Assembly (NCBI GenBank): GCA_964016885.1
Contig: OZ024741.1
Span: forward strand, 21,452,001 to 21,516,000
Direction: 5' to 3'
DNA from: Eledone cirrhosa
Lineage: Eukaryota
DNA: 64,000 bases
Position 1 is the stretch's first letter. Each line of letters starts with the position of its first letter. This document shows, piece by piece, positions 1 through 15,000 of the stretch. Both the position numbers and the translations under genes were made by a program. Below the pieces are notes generated by a model. That model was given only the letters and a program-made list of their open reading frames with translations. It was not told the DNA's origin and searched no databases.

Positions 1-3000
1 GATGATTAAGGGGGTGGAGGTGTTAACAGTGATGATAAAGGTGGTGGTGGTGTTAATAGTGATGATAATGGTGGTGGTGGCGTTAACAGTGATGATAATT
101 GTGGTGGTGGTGTTAACAGTTATGATATTGGTGGTGGTGGTGTTAATAGTGATGATAATGGTGGTGGTGGTGGTGTTAACAGTGATGATAATTGTGGTGG
201 TGGTGTTAATAGTGATGATAATGGTGGTTGTGGTGTTAATAGTGATGATAATGGTTGTGGTGGTGTTAACAGTGATGATAATGGTGGTGGTGGTGTTAAT
301 AGTGATGATAATGGTGGTGGTGGTGTTAACAGTGATGATATTGGTGGTGGTGGTGTTAATAGTGATGATAATGGTGGTGGTGGTGTTAACAGTGATGATA
401 ATGGTGGTGGTGGTGTCAATAGTGATGATAAAGGGGGTGGAGGTGTTAACAGTGATGATAAAGGTGGTGGTGGTGTTAATAGTGATGATAATGGGGGTGG
501 TGGTGTTAATAGTGATGATAATGGTGGTGGTGTTAACAGTGATGATAATGGTGGTGGAGGTGTTAATAGTGATGATAATGGTGGTGGTGGTGTTAATAGT
601 GATAATGGTGGTGGTGGTGGTGTTAACAGTGATGATAATGGTGGTGGTGGTGTTAATAGTGATGATAATGGTGGTGGTGGTCTTAATAGTGATGATAATG
701 GTGGTGGAGGTGTTAATAGTGATGATAATGGTGGTGGTAGTGTTAACAGTGATGATAATGGTGGTGGTGGTGTTAATAGGGATGATAATGGTGGTGGTGG
801 TGTTAATAGTGATGATAATGGTGGTGGTGGTGTTAATAGTGATGATAAAGGGGGTGGAGGTGTTAACAGTGATGATAATGGTGGTGGAGGTGTTAATAGT
901 GATGATAATGGTGGTGGTGTTAACAGTGATGATAATGGTGGTGGTGGTGTTAATAGTGATGATAATGGTGGTGGTGGTGTTAATAGTGATGATAAAGGGG
1001 GTGGAGGTGTTAACAGTGATGATAAAGGGGGTGGAGGTGTTAACAGTGATGATAATGGTCGTGGTGGTGTTAATAGTGATTATGGGGGTGGTGGTGTTAA
1101 CAGTGATGATAATAGTGGTGGTGGTGTTAATAGTGATGATAATGGGGGTGGTGGTGTTAATAATGATGATAATGGTGGTGGTGGTGTTAATAGTGATAAT
1201 GGGGGTGGTGGTGTTAACAGTGATGATAAAAGAGGTGGAGGTGTTAACAGTGATGATAATGGGGGTGGTGGTGTTAACAGTTATGATAATGGTGGTGGTG
1301 GTGTAAATAGTGATAATGGTGGTGGTGGTGTTAATAGTGATGATGGGGGTGGAGGTGTTAATAGTGATGATAAAAGGGGTGGAGGTGTTAATAGTGATGA
1401 TAATGGGGGCGGTGGTGTTAATAATGATGAAAATGGTGGTGGTGGTGTTAATAGTGATGATAATGGTGGTGGCGGTGTTAATAGTGATGATACAGGGGGT
1501 GGAGGTGTTAACAGTGATGATAATGGGGGTGGTGGTGTTAATAGTGATGATAATGGTGGTGGTGGTGTTAACAGTGATGATAATGGTGGTGGTGGTGTTA
1601 ATAGTGATGATAATGGTGGTGGTGTTAATAGTGATGATAATGGGGGCGGTGGTGTTAATAATGATGATAATGGTGGTGGGGGTGGTGGTGTTAACAGTGA
1701 TGATAAAGGGGGTGGAGGTGTTAACAGTGATGATAATGGTGGTGGTGGTGTTAATAGTGATAATGGGGGGGTGTTAACAGTGATGATAATGGTGGTGGTG
1801 GTGTTAACAGTTATGATAATGGTGGTGGTGGTGTTAATAGTGATGATAAAGGGGGTGGAGGTGTTAACAGTGATGATAATGGTGATAATGGTGGTGGTGT
1901 TAACAGTGATGATAATGGTGGTGGTGGTGTTAATAGTGATGATAATGGTGGTGGTGGTGTTAATAGTGATGATTAAGGGGGTGGAGGTGTTAACAGTGAT
2001 GATAAAGGTGGTGGTGGTGTTAATAGTGATTATAATGGGGGTGGTGGTGTTAATAGTGATGATAATGGGGGTGGTGGTGTTAATAGTGATGATAAAGGGG
2101 GTGGAGGAGTTAACAGTGATGATAATGGTGATAATGGTGGTGGTGTTAACAGTGATGATAATGGTGGTGGTGGTGTTAATAGTGATGATAATGGTGGTGG
2201 TGGTGTTAATAGTGATGATTAAGGGGGTGGAGGTGTTAACAGTGATGATAAAGGTGGTGGTGGTGTTAATAGTGATTATAATGGGGGTGGTGGTGTTAAT
2301 AGTGATGATAATGGGGGTGGTGGTGTTAATAGTGATGATAATGGTGGTGGTGGAGTTAATAGTGATAATGGTGGTGGTGGTGTTAATAGTGATGATAATG
2401 GTGGTGATGGTGTTAATAGTGATAATGGTGGTGGTGGTGTTAATAGTGATAATGGGGGTGGTGGTGTTAACAGTGATGATAAAGGGGGTGGAGGTGTTAA
2501 CAGTGATGATAATGGTGGTGGTGTTGTTAATAGTGATAATGGTGGTGGTGGTGTTAATAGAGATAATGGTGGTGGTGGTGTCAATAGTGATAATGGTGGT
2601 GTTGGTGTTAATAGTAATGATAATGGTGGTGGTGGTGTTAATAGTGATGATAATGGGGGTGGTGGTGTTAACAGTGATGATAAAGGGGGTGGAGGTGTTA
2701 ACAGTGGTGGTAATGGTGGTGGAGGTGTTAATAGTGATGATGATGGTGGTGGTGGTGTTAATAGTGATGATAATGGTGGTGGTGGTGGTGGTTGTGTTAA
2801 TAGTGATGATAATGGTGGTGGTGGTGTTAATAGTGATGATAAAGGGGGTGGAGGTGTTAACAGTGATGATAATGGGGGTGGTGGTGTTAATAGTGATAAT
2901 GGTGGTGGTGGTGTTAATAGTGATGATAAAGGGGGTGGAGGTGTTATCAGTGATGATAATGGTGGTGGTGGTGTTAATAGTGATTATAAAAGGGGTGGAG

Positions 3001-6000
3001 GTGTTAACAGTGATTTTAATAGGGGTGGTGGTGTTAACAGTGATGATAATGGGGGTGGTGGTGTTAACAGTTATGATAATGGTGGTGGTGGTGTAAATAG
3101 TGATAATGGTGGTGGTGGTGTTAATAGTGATAATGGGGGTGGAGGTGTTAACAGTGATGATAAAGGGGGTGGAGGTGTTAACAGTGATGATAATGGTCGT
3201 GGTGGTGTTAATAGTGATAATGGGGGTGGTGGTGTTAACAGTGATGATAATGGTGGTGGTGGTGTTAACAGTTATGATAATGGTGGTGGTGGTGTTAATA
3301 GTGATGATAATGGTGGTGGTGGTGTTAACAGTGATGATAATGGTGGTGGTGGTGTTAACAGTGATGATAATGGGGGTGGTGTTAACAGTGATGATAATGG
3401 TGGTGGTGGTGTTAATAGTGATGATAATGGTGGTGGTGTTAACAGTGATGATAATGGTGGTGGTGGTGTTAATAGTGATGATAATGGTGGTGGTGGTGTT
3501 AATAGTGATGATAAAGGGGATGGAGGTGTTAACAGTGATGATAATGGTGGTGGTGGTGTTAATAGTGATGATAATGGTGGTGGTGGTGTTAATAGTGATG
3601 ATAATGGTGGTGGTGGTGTTAATAGTGATAAAGGGGGTGGAGGTGTTAACAGTGATGATAATGGTGGTGGAGGTGTTAATAGTGATGATAATGGTGGTGG
3701 TGTTAACAGTGATGATAATGGTGGTGGTGGTGTTAATAGTGATGATAATGGTGGTGGTGGTGTTAATAGTGATGATAATGGTGGTGGTGGTGTTAATAGT
3801 GATGATAAAGGGGGTGGAGGTGTTAACAGTGATGATAAAGGTGGTGGTGGTGTTAATAGTGATGATAATGGGGGTGGTGGTGTTAATAGTGATGATAATG
3901 GGGGTGGTTGTGTTAATAGTGATGATAATGGTGGTGGTGGAGTTAATAGTGATAATGGTGGTGGTGGTGTTAATAGTGATGATAATGGTGTTGATGGTAT
4001 TAATAGTGATAATGGGGGTGGTGGTGTTAACAGTGATGATAAAGGGGGTGTAGGTGTTAACAGTGATGATAATGGTGGTGGTGTTATTAATAGTGATAAT
4101 GGTGGTGGTGTTAATAGTGATGATAATGGGGGCGGTGGTGTTAATAATGATGATAATGGTGGTGGTGGTGTTAATAGTGATAATGGGGGTGGTGGTGTTA
4201 ACAGTGATGATAAAAGGGGTGGAGATGTTAACAGTGATAATAATGGGGGTGGTGGTGTTAACAGTTATGATAATGGTGGTGGTGGTGTAAATAGTGATAA
4301 TGGTGGTGGTGGTGTTAATAGTGATAATGGGGGTGGAGGTGTTAACAGTGATAAAGGGGGTGGAGGTGTTAACAGTGATGATAATGGTGGTGGTGGTGTT
4401 AATAGTGATAATGGGGGTGGTGGTGTTAACAGTGATGATAATGGTGGTGGTGGTGTTAACAGTTATGATAATGGTGGTGGTGGTGTTAATAGTGATGATA
4501 AAGGGGGTGGAGGTGTTAACAGTGATGATAATGGGGGCGGTGGTGTTAATAATGATGATAATGGTGGTGGTGGTGTTAATAGTGATAATGGGGGTGGTGG
4601 TGTTAACAGTGATGATAATGGTGGTGGTGGTGTTAATAGTGATGATAATGGTGGTGGTGGTGTTAATAGTGATAATGGGGGTGGTGGTGTTAACAGTGAT
4701 GATAAAGGAGGTGGAGGTGTTAACAGTGATGATAATGGGGGTGGTGGTGTTAACAGTGGTGGTAATGGTGGTGGTGGTGTTAATAGTGATAATGGTGGTG
4801 GTTGTGTTAATAGTGATGATAATGGTGGTGGTGGTGTTAACAGTGATGATAAAGGGGGTGTAGGTGTTAACAGTGATGTTAATGGTGGTGGTGTTGTTAA
4901 TAGTGATAATGGTGGTGGTGATGTTAATAGAGATAATGGTGGTGGTGGTGTTAATAGTGATAATGGTGGTGGTGGTGTTAATAGTGATGATAATGGATGT
5001 GGTTGTGTTAATAGTGATGATAATGGGCGTGGTGGTGTTAACAGTGATGATAAAGGGGGTGGAGGTGTTAACAGTAATGATAATGGGGGTGGTGGTGTTA
5101 ATAGTGATAATGGTGGTTGTGGTGTTAATAGTGATAATGGTGGTGGTGGTGTTAATAGTGATGATAAAGGGGGTGGAGGTGTTAACAGTGATGATAATGG
5201 TGGTGGTGGTGTTAATAGTGATGATAATGGTGGTGGTGTTAATAGTGATGATAATGGGGGCGGTGGTGTTAATAATGATGATAATGGGGGTGGTGGTGTT
5301 AACAGTGATAATGGGGGTGGGGGTGTTAACGGTGATGATAAAAGGGGTGGAGGTGTTAACAGTGATGATAATGGGGGTGGTGGTGTTAATAGTGATGATA
5401 ATGGGGGTGGTGGTGTTAATAGTGATGATAATGGTGGTGGTGGAGTTAATAGTAATAATGGTGGTGGTGGTGTTAACAGTGATGATAATGGTGGTGGTGG
5501 TGTAAATAGTGATAATGGTGGTGGTGGTGTTAATAGTGATAATGGGGGTGGAGGTGTTAACAGTGATGATAAAGGGGGTGGAGGTGTTAACAGTGATGAT
5601 AATGTTCGTGGTGGTGTTAATAGTGATAATGGGGGGGGGCTGTTAACAGTGATAATGGTGGTGGTGGTGTTAATAGTGATGATAATGGTGGTGGTGGTGT
5701 TAATAGTGATAATGGGGGTGGTCGTGTTAACAGTGATGATAAAGGGGGTGGAGGTGTTAACAGTGATGATAATGGTGGTGGTGGTGTTAATAGTGATAAT
5801 GGGGGTGGTGGTGTTAACAGTGATGATAATGGTGGTGGTGGTGTTAACAGTTATGATAATGGTGGTGGTGGTGTTAATAGTGATGATAAAGGGGGTGGAG
5901 GTGTTAACAGTGATGATAATGGGGGCGGTGGTGTTAATAATGATGATAATGGTGGTGGTGGTGTTAATAGTGATAATGGGGGTGGTGGTGTTAACAGTGA

Positions 6001-9000
6001 TGATAAAGGGGGTGGAGGTGTTAACAGTGATGATAATGGTGGTGGTGGTGGTGTTAATAGTGATAATGGGGGTGGTGGTGTTAACAGTGATGATAATGGT
6101 GGTGGTGGTGTTAACAGTTATGATAATGGTGGTGGTGGTGTTAATAGTGATGATAAAGGGGGTGGAGGTGTTAACAGTGATGATAATGGTGGTGGTGGTG
6201 TTAATAGTGATAATGGGGGTGGTGCTGTTAACAGTGATGATAATGGTGGTGGTGGTGTTAACAGTTATGATAATGGTGGTGGTGGTGTTAATAGTGATGA
6301 TAAAGGGGGTGGAGGTGTTAACAGTGATGATAATGGGGGCGGTGGTGTTAATAATGATGATAATGGTGGTGGTGGTGTTAATAGTGATAATGGGGGTGGT
6401 GGTGTTAACAGTGATGATAATGGTGGTGGTGGTGTTAACAGTTATGATAATGGGGGGGGGTGTTAACAGTGATGATAAAGGGGGTGGAGGTGTTAACAGT
6501 GGTGGTAATGGTGGTGGTGGTGTTAATAGTGATAATGGTGGTGGTTGTGTTAATAGTGATAATGGTGGTGGTGATGTTAATAGAGATAATGGTGGTGGTG
6601 GTGTTAATAGTGATAATGGTGGTGGTGGTGTTAATAGTGATGATAATGGGGGTGGAGGTGTTAACAGTGATGATAATGGTGGTGGTGTTGTTAATAGTGA
6701 TAATGGTGGTGGTGATGTTAATAGAGATAATGGTGGTGGTGGTGTTAATAGTGATAATGGTGGTGGTGGTGTTAATAGTGATGATAATGGGGGTGGAGGT
6801 GTTAACAATGATGATAATGGTGGTGGTGGTGTTAACATTGATGATATTGGTGGTGGTGGTGTTAACAGTGATGATAATGGTGGTGCTGGTGTTAATAGTG
6901 ATAATACGGGTGGTGGTGTTAACAGTGATGATAAAGGAGGTGGAGGTGTTAACAGTGATGATAATGGGGGTGGTGGTGTTAATAGTGATGATAATGGTGG
7001 TGGTGTTAATAGTGATGATAATGGTGGTGGTTGTGTTAATAGTGATGATAATGGGGGGGGGGTGTTAACAGTGATGATAAAGGGGGTGGAGGTGTTAACA
7101 GTGGTGGTAATGGTGGTGGTGGTGTTAATAGTGATAATGGTGGTGGTTGTGTTAATAGTGATGATAATGGTGGTGGTGGTGTTAACAGTGATGATAAAGG
7201 GGGTGTAGGTGTTAACAGTGATGATAATGGTGGTGGTGTTGTTAATAGTGATAATGGTGGTGGTGATGTTAATAGAGATAATGGTGCTGGTGGTGTTAAT
7301 AGTGATAATGGTGGTGGTGGTGTTAATAGTGATAATGGATGTGGTTGTGTTAATAGTGATGATAATGGGGGTGGTGGTGTTAACAGTGATGATAAAGGGG
7401 GTGGAGGTGTTAACAGTAATGATAATGGGGGTGGTGGTGTTAATAGTGATAATGGTGGTTGTGGTGTTAATAGTGATAATGGTGGTGGTGGTGTTAATAG
7501 TGATGATAAAGGGGGTGGAGGTGTTAACAGTGATGATAATGGTGGTGGTGGTGTTAATAGTGATGATAATGGTGGTGGTGTTAATAGTGATGATAATGGG
7601 GGCGGTGGTGTTAATAATGATGATAATGGTGGTGGTGGTGTTAATAGTGATAATGGGGGTGGTGGTTTTAACGGTGATGATAAAAGGGGTGGAGGTGTTA
7701 ACAGTGATGATAATGGGGGTGGTGGTGTTAATAGTGATGATAATGGGGGTGGTGGTGTTAATAGTGATGATAATGGTGGTGGTGGAGTTAATAGTAATAA
7801 TGGTGGTGGTGGTGTTAACAGTGATGATAATGGTGGTGGTGGTGGTGTAAATAGTGATAATGGTGGTGGTGGTGTTAATAGTGATAATGGGGGTGGAGGT
7901 GTTAACAGTGATGATAAAGGGGGTGGAGGTGTTAACAGTGATGATAATGGTCGTGGTGGTGTTAATAGTGATAATGGGGGGGGGGCTGTTAACAGTGATA
8001 ATGGTGGTGGTGGTGTTAATAGTGATGATAATGGGGGCGGTGGTGTTAATAATGATGATAATGGTGGTGGTGGTGTTAATAGTGATAATGGGGGTGGTCG
8101 TGTTAACAGTGATGATAAAGGGGGTGGAGGTGTTAACAGTGATGATAATGGTGGTGGTGGTGTTAATAGTGATAATGGGGGTGGTGGTGTTAACAGTGAT
8201 GATAATGGTGGTGGTGGTGTTAACAGTTATGATAATGGTGGTGGTGGTGTTAATAGTGATGATAAAGGGGGTGGAGGTGTTAACAGTGATGATAATGGGG
8301 GCGGTGGTGTTAATAATGATGATAATGGTGGTGGTGGTGTTAATAGTGATAATGGGGGTGGTGGTGTTAACAGTGATGATAAAGGGGGTGGAGGTGTTAA
8401 CAGTGATGATAATGGTGGTGGTGGTGTTAACATTGATGATATTGGTGGTGGTGGTGTTAACAGTGATGATAATGGTGGTGCTGGTGTTAATAGTGATAAT
8501 ACGGGTGGTGGTGTTAACTGATGATAAAGGAGGTGGAGGTGTTAACAGTGATGATAATGGGGGTGGTGGTGTTAATAGTGATGATAATGGTGGTGGTGTT
8601 AATAGTGATGATAATGGTGGTGGTTGTGTTAATAGTGATGATAATGGGGGGGGGGTGTTAACAGTGATGATAAAGGGGGTGGAGGTGTTAACAGTGGTGG
8701 TAATGGTGGTGGTGGTGTTAATAGTGATAATGGTGGTGGTTGTGTTAATAGTGATGATAATGGTGGTGGTGGTGTTAACAGTGATGATAAAGGGGGTGTA
8801 GGTGTTAACAGTGATGATAATGGTGGTGGTGTTGTTAATAGTGATAATGGTGGTGGTGATGTTAATAGAGATAATGGTGCTGGTGGTGTTAATAGTGATA
8901 ATGGTGGTGGTGGTGTTAATAGTGATAATGGATGTGGTTGTGTTAATAGTGATGATAATGGGGGTGGTGGTGTTAACAGTGATGATAAAGGGGGTGGAGG

Positions 9001-12000
9001 TGTTAACAGTAATGATAATGGGGGTGGTGGTGTTAATAGTGATAATGGTGGTTGTGGTGTTAATAGTGATAATGGTGGTGGTGGTGTTAATAATGATGAT
9101 AAAGGGGGTGGAGGTGTTAACAGTGATGATAATGGTGGTGGTGGTGTTAATAGTGATGATAATGGTGGTGGTGTTAATAGTGATGATAATGGGGGCGGTG
9201 GTGTTAATAATGATGATAATGGTGGTGGTGGTGTTAATAGTGATAATGGGGGTGGTGGTTTTAACGGTGATGATAAAAGGGGTGGAGGTGTTAACAGTGA
9301 TGATAATGGGGGTGGTGGTGTTAATAGTGATGATAATGGGGGTGGTGGTGTTAATAGTGATGATAATGGTGGTGGTGGAGTTAATAGTAATAATGGTGGT
9401 GGTGGTGTTAACAGTGATGATAATGGTGGTGGTGGTGGTGTAAATAGTGATAATGGTGGTGGTGGTGTTAATAGTGATAATGGGGGTGGAGGTGTTAACA
9501 GTGATGATAAAGGGGGTGGAGGTGTTAACAGTGATGATAATGGTCGTGGTGGTGTTAATAGTGATAATGGGGGGGGGCTGTTAACAGTGATAATGGTGGT
9601 GGTGGTGTTAATAGTGATGATAATGGGGGCGGTGGTGTTAATAATGATGATAATGGTGGTGGTGGTGTTAATAGTGATAATGGGGGTGGTCGTGTTAACA
9701 GTGATGATAAAGGGGGTGGAGGTGTTAACAGTGATGATAATGGTGGTGGTGGTGTTAATAGTGATAATGGGGGTGGTGGTGTTAACAGTGATGATAATGG
9801 TGGTGGTGGTGTTAACAGTTATGATAATGGTGGTGGTGGTGTTAATAGTGATGATAAAGGGGGTGGAGGTGTTAACAGTGATGATAATGGGGGCGGTGGT
9901 GTTAATAATGATGATAATGGTGGTGGTGGTGTTAATAGTGATAATGGGGGTGGTGGTGTTAACAGTGATGATAAAGGGGGTGGAGGTGTTAACAGTGATG
10001 ATAATGGTGGTGGTGGTGGTGTTAATAGTGATAATGGGGGTGGTGGTGTTAACAGTGATGATAATGGTGGTGGTGGTGTTAACAGTTATGATAATGGTGG
10101 TGGTGGTGTTAATAGTGATGATAAAGGGGGTGGAGGTGTTAACAGTGATGATAATGGTGGTGGTGGTGTTAATAGTGATAATGGTGGTGGTGGTGTTAAT
10201 AGTGATGATAATGGGGGTGGAGGTGTTAACAGTGATGATAATGGTGGTGGTGGTGTTAATAGTGATAATAGGGGTGGTGGTGTTACAGTGATGATAATGG
10301 GGGTGGTGGTGTTAACAGTGATGATAAAGGGGGTGGAGGTGTTAACAGTGATGATAATGGGGGTGGTGGTGTTAATAGTGATAATGGTGGTTGTGGTGTT
10401 AATAGTGATAATGGTGGTGGTGGTGTTAATAGTGATGATAATGGTGGTGGTGGTGGTGTTAATAGTGATAATGGTGGTGGTGGTGTTAATAGTGATGATA
10501 AAGGGGGTGGTGGTGTTAACAGTGATGATAAAGGGGGTGGAGGTGTTAACAGTGATGATAATGGGGGGGGTGGTGTTAATAGTGATGATAATTGTGGTGG
10601 AGGTGTTAACAGTGACGATAATGGTGGTGGTGGTGTTAACAGTGATGATAATGGTGGTGGTGGTGTTAATAGTGATGATAAAGGGGGTGGAGGTGTTAAC
10701 AGTGATGATAATGGTGGTGGTGGTGTTAATAGTGATGATAATGGTGGTGGTGGTGTTAATAGTGATGATAATGGTGGTGGTGGTGTTAATAGTGATGATA
10801 AAGTGGGTGGAGGTGTTAACAGTGATGATAATGCTGGTGGTGGTGTTAATAGTGATAATGGGGGTGGTGGTGTTAACAGTGATGATAAAGGGGGTGGAGG
10901 TGTTAACAGTGATGATAATGGTGGTGGTGTTGTTAATAGTGATAATGGTGGTGGTGGTGTTAATAGAGATAATGGTGGTGGTGGTGTCAATAGTGATAAT
11001 GGTGGTGTTGGTGTTAATAGTAATGATAATGGTGGTGGTGGTGTTAATAGTGATGATAATGGGGGTGGTGGTGTTAACAGTGATGATAAAGGGGGTGGAG
11101 GTGTTAACAGTGGTGGTAATGGTGGTGGAGGTGTTAATAGTGATGATGATGGTGGTGGTGGTGTTAATAGTGATGATAATGGTGGTGGTGGTGGTGGTTG
11201 TGTTAATAGTGATGATAATGGTGGTGGTGGTGTTAATAGTGATGATAAAGGGGGTGGAGGTGTTATCAGTGATGATAATGGTGGTGGTGGTGTTAATAGT
11301 GATTATAAAAGGGGTGGAGGTGTTAACAGTGATTTTAATAGGGGTGGTGGTGTTAACAGTGATGATAATGGGGGTGGTGGTGTTAACAGTTATGATAATA
11401 GTGGTGGTGGTGTAAATAGTGATAATGGTGGTGGTGGTGTTAATAGTGATAATGGGGGTGGAGGTGTTAACAGTGATGATAAAGGGGGTGGAGGTGTTAA
11501 CAGTGATGATAATGGTCGTGGTGGTGTTAATAGTGATAATGGGGGTGGTGGTGTTAACAGTGATGATAATGGTGGTGGTGGTGTTAACAGTTATGATAAT
11601 GGTGGTGGTGGTGTTAATAGTGATGATAATGGTGGTGGTGGTGTTAACAGTGATGATAATGGTGGTGGTGGTGTTAACAGTGATGATAATGGGGGTGGTG
11701 TTAACAGTGATGATAATGGTGGTGGTGGTGTTAATAGTGATGATAATGGTGGTGGTGTTAACAGTGATGATAATGGTGGTGGTGGTGTTAATAGTGATGA
11801 TAATGGTGGTGGTGGTGTTAATAGTGATGATAAAGGGGATGGAGGTGTTAACAGTGATGATAATGGTGGTGGTGGTGTTAATAGTGATGATAATGGTGGT
11901 GGTGGTGTTAATAGTGATGATAATGGTGGTGGTGGTGTTAATAGTGATAAAGGGGGTGGAGGTGTTAACAGTGATGATAATGGTGGTGGAGGTGTTAATA

Positions 12001-15000
12001 GTGATGATAATGGTGGTGGTGTTAACAGTGATGATAATGGTGGTGGTGGTGTTAATAGTGATGATAATGGTGGTGGTGGTGTTAATAGTGATGATAATGG
12101 TGGTGGTGGTGTTAATAGTGATGATAAAGGGGGTGGAGGTGTTAACAGTGATGATAAAGGTGGTGGTGGTGTTAATAGTGATGATAATGGGGGTGGTGGT
12201 GTTAATAGTGATGATAATGGGGGTGGTTGTGTTAATAGTGATGATAATGGTGGTGGTGGAGTTAATAGTGATAATGGTGGTGGTGGTGTTAATAGTGATG
12301 ATAATGGTGTTGATGGTATTAATAGTGATAATGGGGGTGGTGGTGTTAACAGTGATGATAAAGGGGGTGTAGGTGTTAACAGTGATGATAATGGTGGTGG
12401 TGTTATTAATAGTGATAATGGTGGTGGTGTTAATAGTGATGATAATGGGGGCGGTGGTGTTAATAATGATGATAATGGTGGTGGTGGTGTTAATAGTGAT
12501 AATGGGGGTGGTGGTGTTAACAGTGATGATAAAAGGGGTGGAGATGTTAACAGTGATAATAATGGGGGTGGTGGTGTTAACAGTTATGATAATGGTGGTG
12601 GTGGTGTAAATAGTGATAATGGTGGTGGTGGTGTTAATAGTGATAATGGGGGTGGAGGTGTTAACAGTGATAAAGGGGGTGGAGGTGTTAACAGTGATGA
12701 TAATGGTGGTGGTGGTGTTAATAGTGATAATGGGGGTGGTGGTGTTAACAGTGATGATAATGGTGGTGGTGGTGTTAACAGTTATGATAATGGTGGTGGT
12801 GGTGTTAATAGTGATGATAAAGGGGGTGGAGGTGTTAACAGTGATGATAATGGGGGCGGTGGTGTTAATAATGATGATAATGGTGGTGGTGGTGTTAATA
12901 GTGATAATGGGGGTGGTGGTGTTAACAGTGATGATAATGGTGGTGGTGGTGTTAATAGTGATGATAATGGTGGTGGTGGTGTTAATAGTGATAATGGGGG
13001 TGGTGGTGTTAACAGTGATGATAAAGGAGGTGGAGGTGTTAACAGTGATGATAATGGGGGTGGTGGTGTTAACAGTGGTGGTAATGGTGGTGGTGGTGTT
13101 AATAGTGATAATGGTGGTGGTTGTGTTAATAGTGATGATAATGGTGGTGGTGGTGTTAACAGTGATGATAAAGGGGGTGTAGGTGTTAACAGTGATGTTA
13201 ATGGTGGTGGTGTTGTTAATAGTGATAATGGTGGTGGTGATGTTAATAGAGATAATGGTGGTGGTGGTGTTAATAGTGATAATGGTGGTGGTGGTGTTAA
13301 TAGTGATGATAATGGATGTGGTTGTGTTAATAGTGATGATAATGGGCGTGGTGGTGTTAACAGTGATGATAAAGGGGGTGGAGGTGTTAACAGTAATGAT
13401 AATGGGGGTGGTGGTGTTAATAGTGATAATGGTGGTTGTGGTGTTAATAGTGATAATGGTGGTGGTGGTGTTAATAGTGATGATAAAGGGGGTGGAGGTG
13501 TTAACAGTGATGATAATGTTCGTGGTGGTGTTAATAGTGATAATGGGGGGGGGGGCTGTTAACAGTGATAATGGTGGTGGTGGTGTTAATAGTGATGATA
13601 ATGGTGGTGGTGGTGTTAATAGTGATAATGGGGGTGGTCGTGTTAACAGTGATGATAAAGGGGGTGGAGGTGTTAACAGTGATGATAATGGTGGTGGTGG
13701 TGTTAATAGTGATAATGGGGGTGGTGGTGTTAACAGTGATGATAATGGTGGTGGTGGTGTAAATAGTGATAATGGTGGTGGTGGTGTTAATAGTGATAAT
13801 GGGGGTGGAGGTGTTAACAGTGATGATAAAGGGGGTGGAGGTGTTAACAGTGATGATAATGTTCGTGGTGGTGTTAATAGTGATAATGGGGGGGGGCTGT
13901 TAACAGTGATAATGGTGGTGGTGGTGTTAATAGTGATGATAATGGTGGTGGTGGTGTTAATAGTGATGATAAAGGGGGTGTAGGTGTTAACAGTGATGTT
14001 AATGGTGGTGGTGTTGTTAATAGTGATAATGGTGGTGGTGATGTTAATAGAGATAATGGTGGTGGTGGTGTTAATAGTGATAATGGTGGTGGTGGTGTTA
14101 ATAGTGATGATAATGGATGTGGTTGTGTTAATAGTGATGATAATGGGCGTGGTGGTGTTAACAGTGATGATAAAGGGGGTGGAGGTGTTAACAGTAATGA
14201 TAATGGGGGTGGTGGTGTTAATAGTGATAATGGTGGTTGTGGTGTTAATAGTGATAATGGTGGTGGTGGTGTTAATAGTGATGATAAAGGGGGTGGAGGT
14301 GTTAACAGTGATGATAATGTTCGTGGTGGTGTTAATAGTGATAATGGGGGGGGGCTGTTAACAGTGATAATGGTGGTGGTGGTGTTAATAGTGATGATAA
14401 TGGTGGTGGTGGTGTTAATAGTGATAATGGGGGTGGTCGTGTTAACAGTGATGATAAAGGGGGTGGAGGTGTTAACAGTGATGATAATGGTGGTGGTGGT
14501 GTTAATAGTGATAATGGGGGTGGTGGTGTTAACAGTGATGATAATGGTGGTGGTGGTGTTAACAGTTATGATAATGGTGGTGGTGGTGTTAATAGTGATG
14601 ATAAAGGGGGTGGAGGTGTTAACAGTGATGATAATGGGGGCGGTGGTGTTAATAATGATGATAATGGTGGTGGTGGTGTTAATAGTGATAATGGGGGTGG
14701 TGGTGTTAACAGTGATGATAAAGGGGGTGGAGGTGTTAACAGTGATGATAATGGTGGTGGTGGTGGTGTTAATAGTGATAATGGGGGTGGTGGTGTTAAC
14801 AGTGATGATAATGGTGGTGGTGGTGTTAACAGTTATGATAATGGTGGTGGTGGTGTTAATAGTGATGATAAAGGGGGTGGAGGTGTTAACAGTGATGATA
14901 ATGGTGGTGGTGGTGTTAATAGTGATAATGGGGGTGGTGCTGTTAACAGTGATGATAATGGTGGTGGTGGTGTTAACAGTTATGATAATGGTGGTGGTGG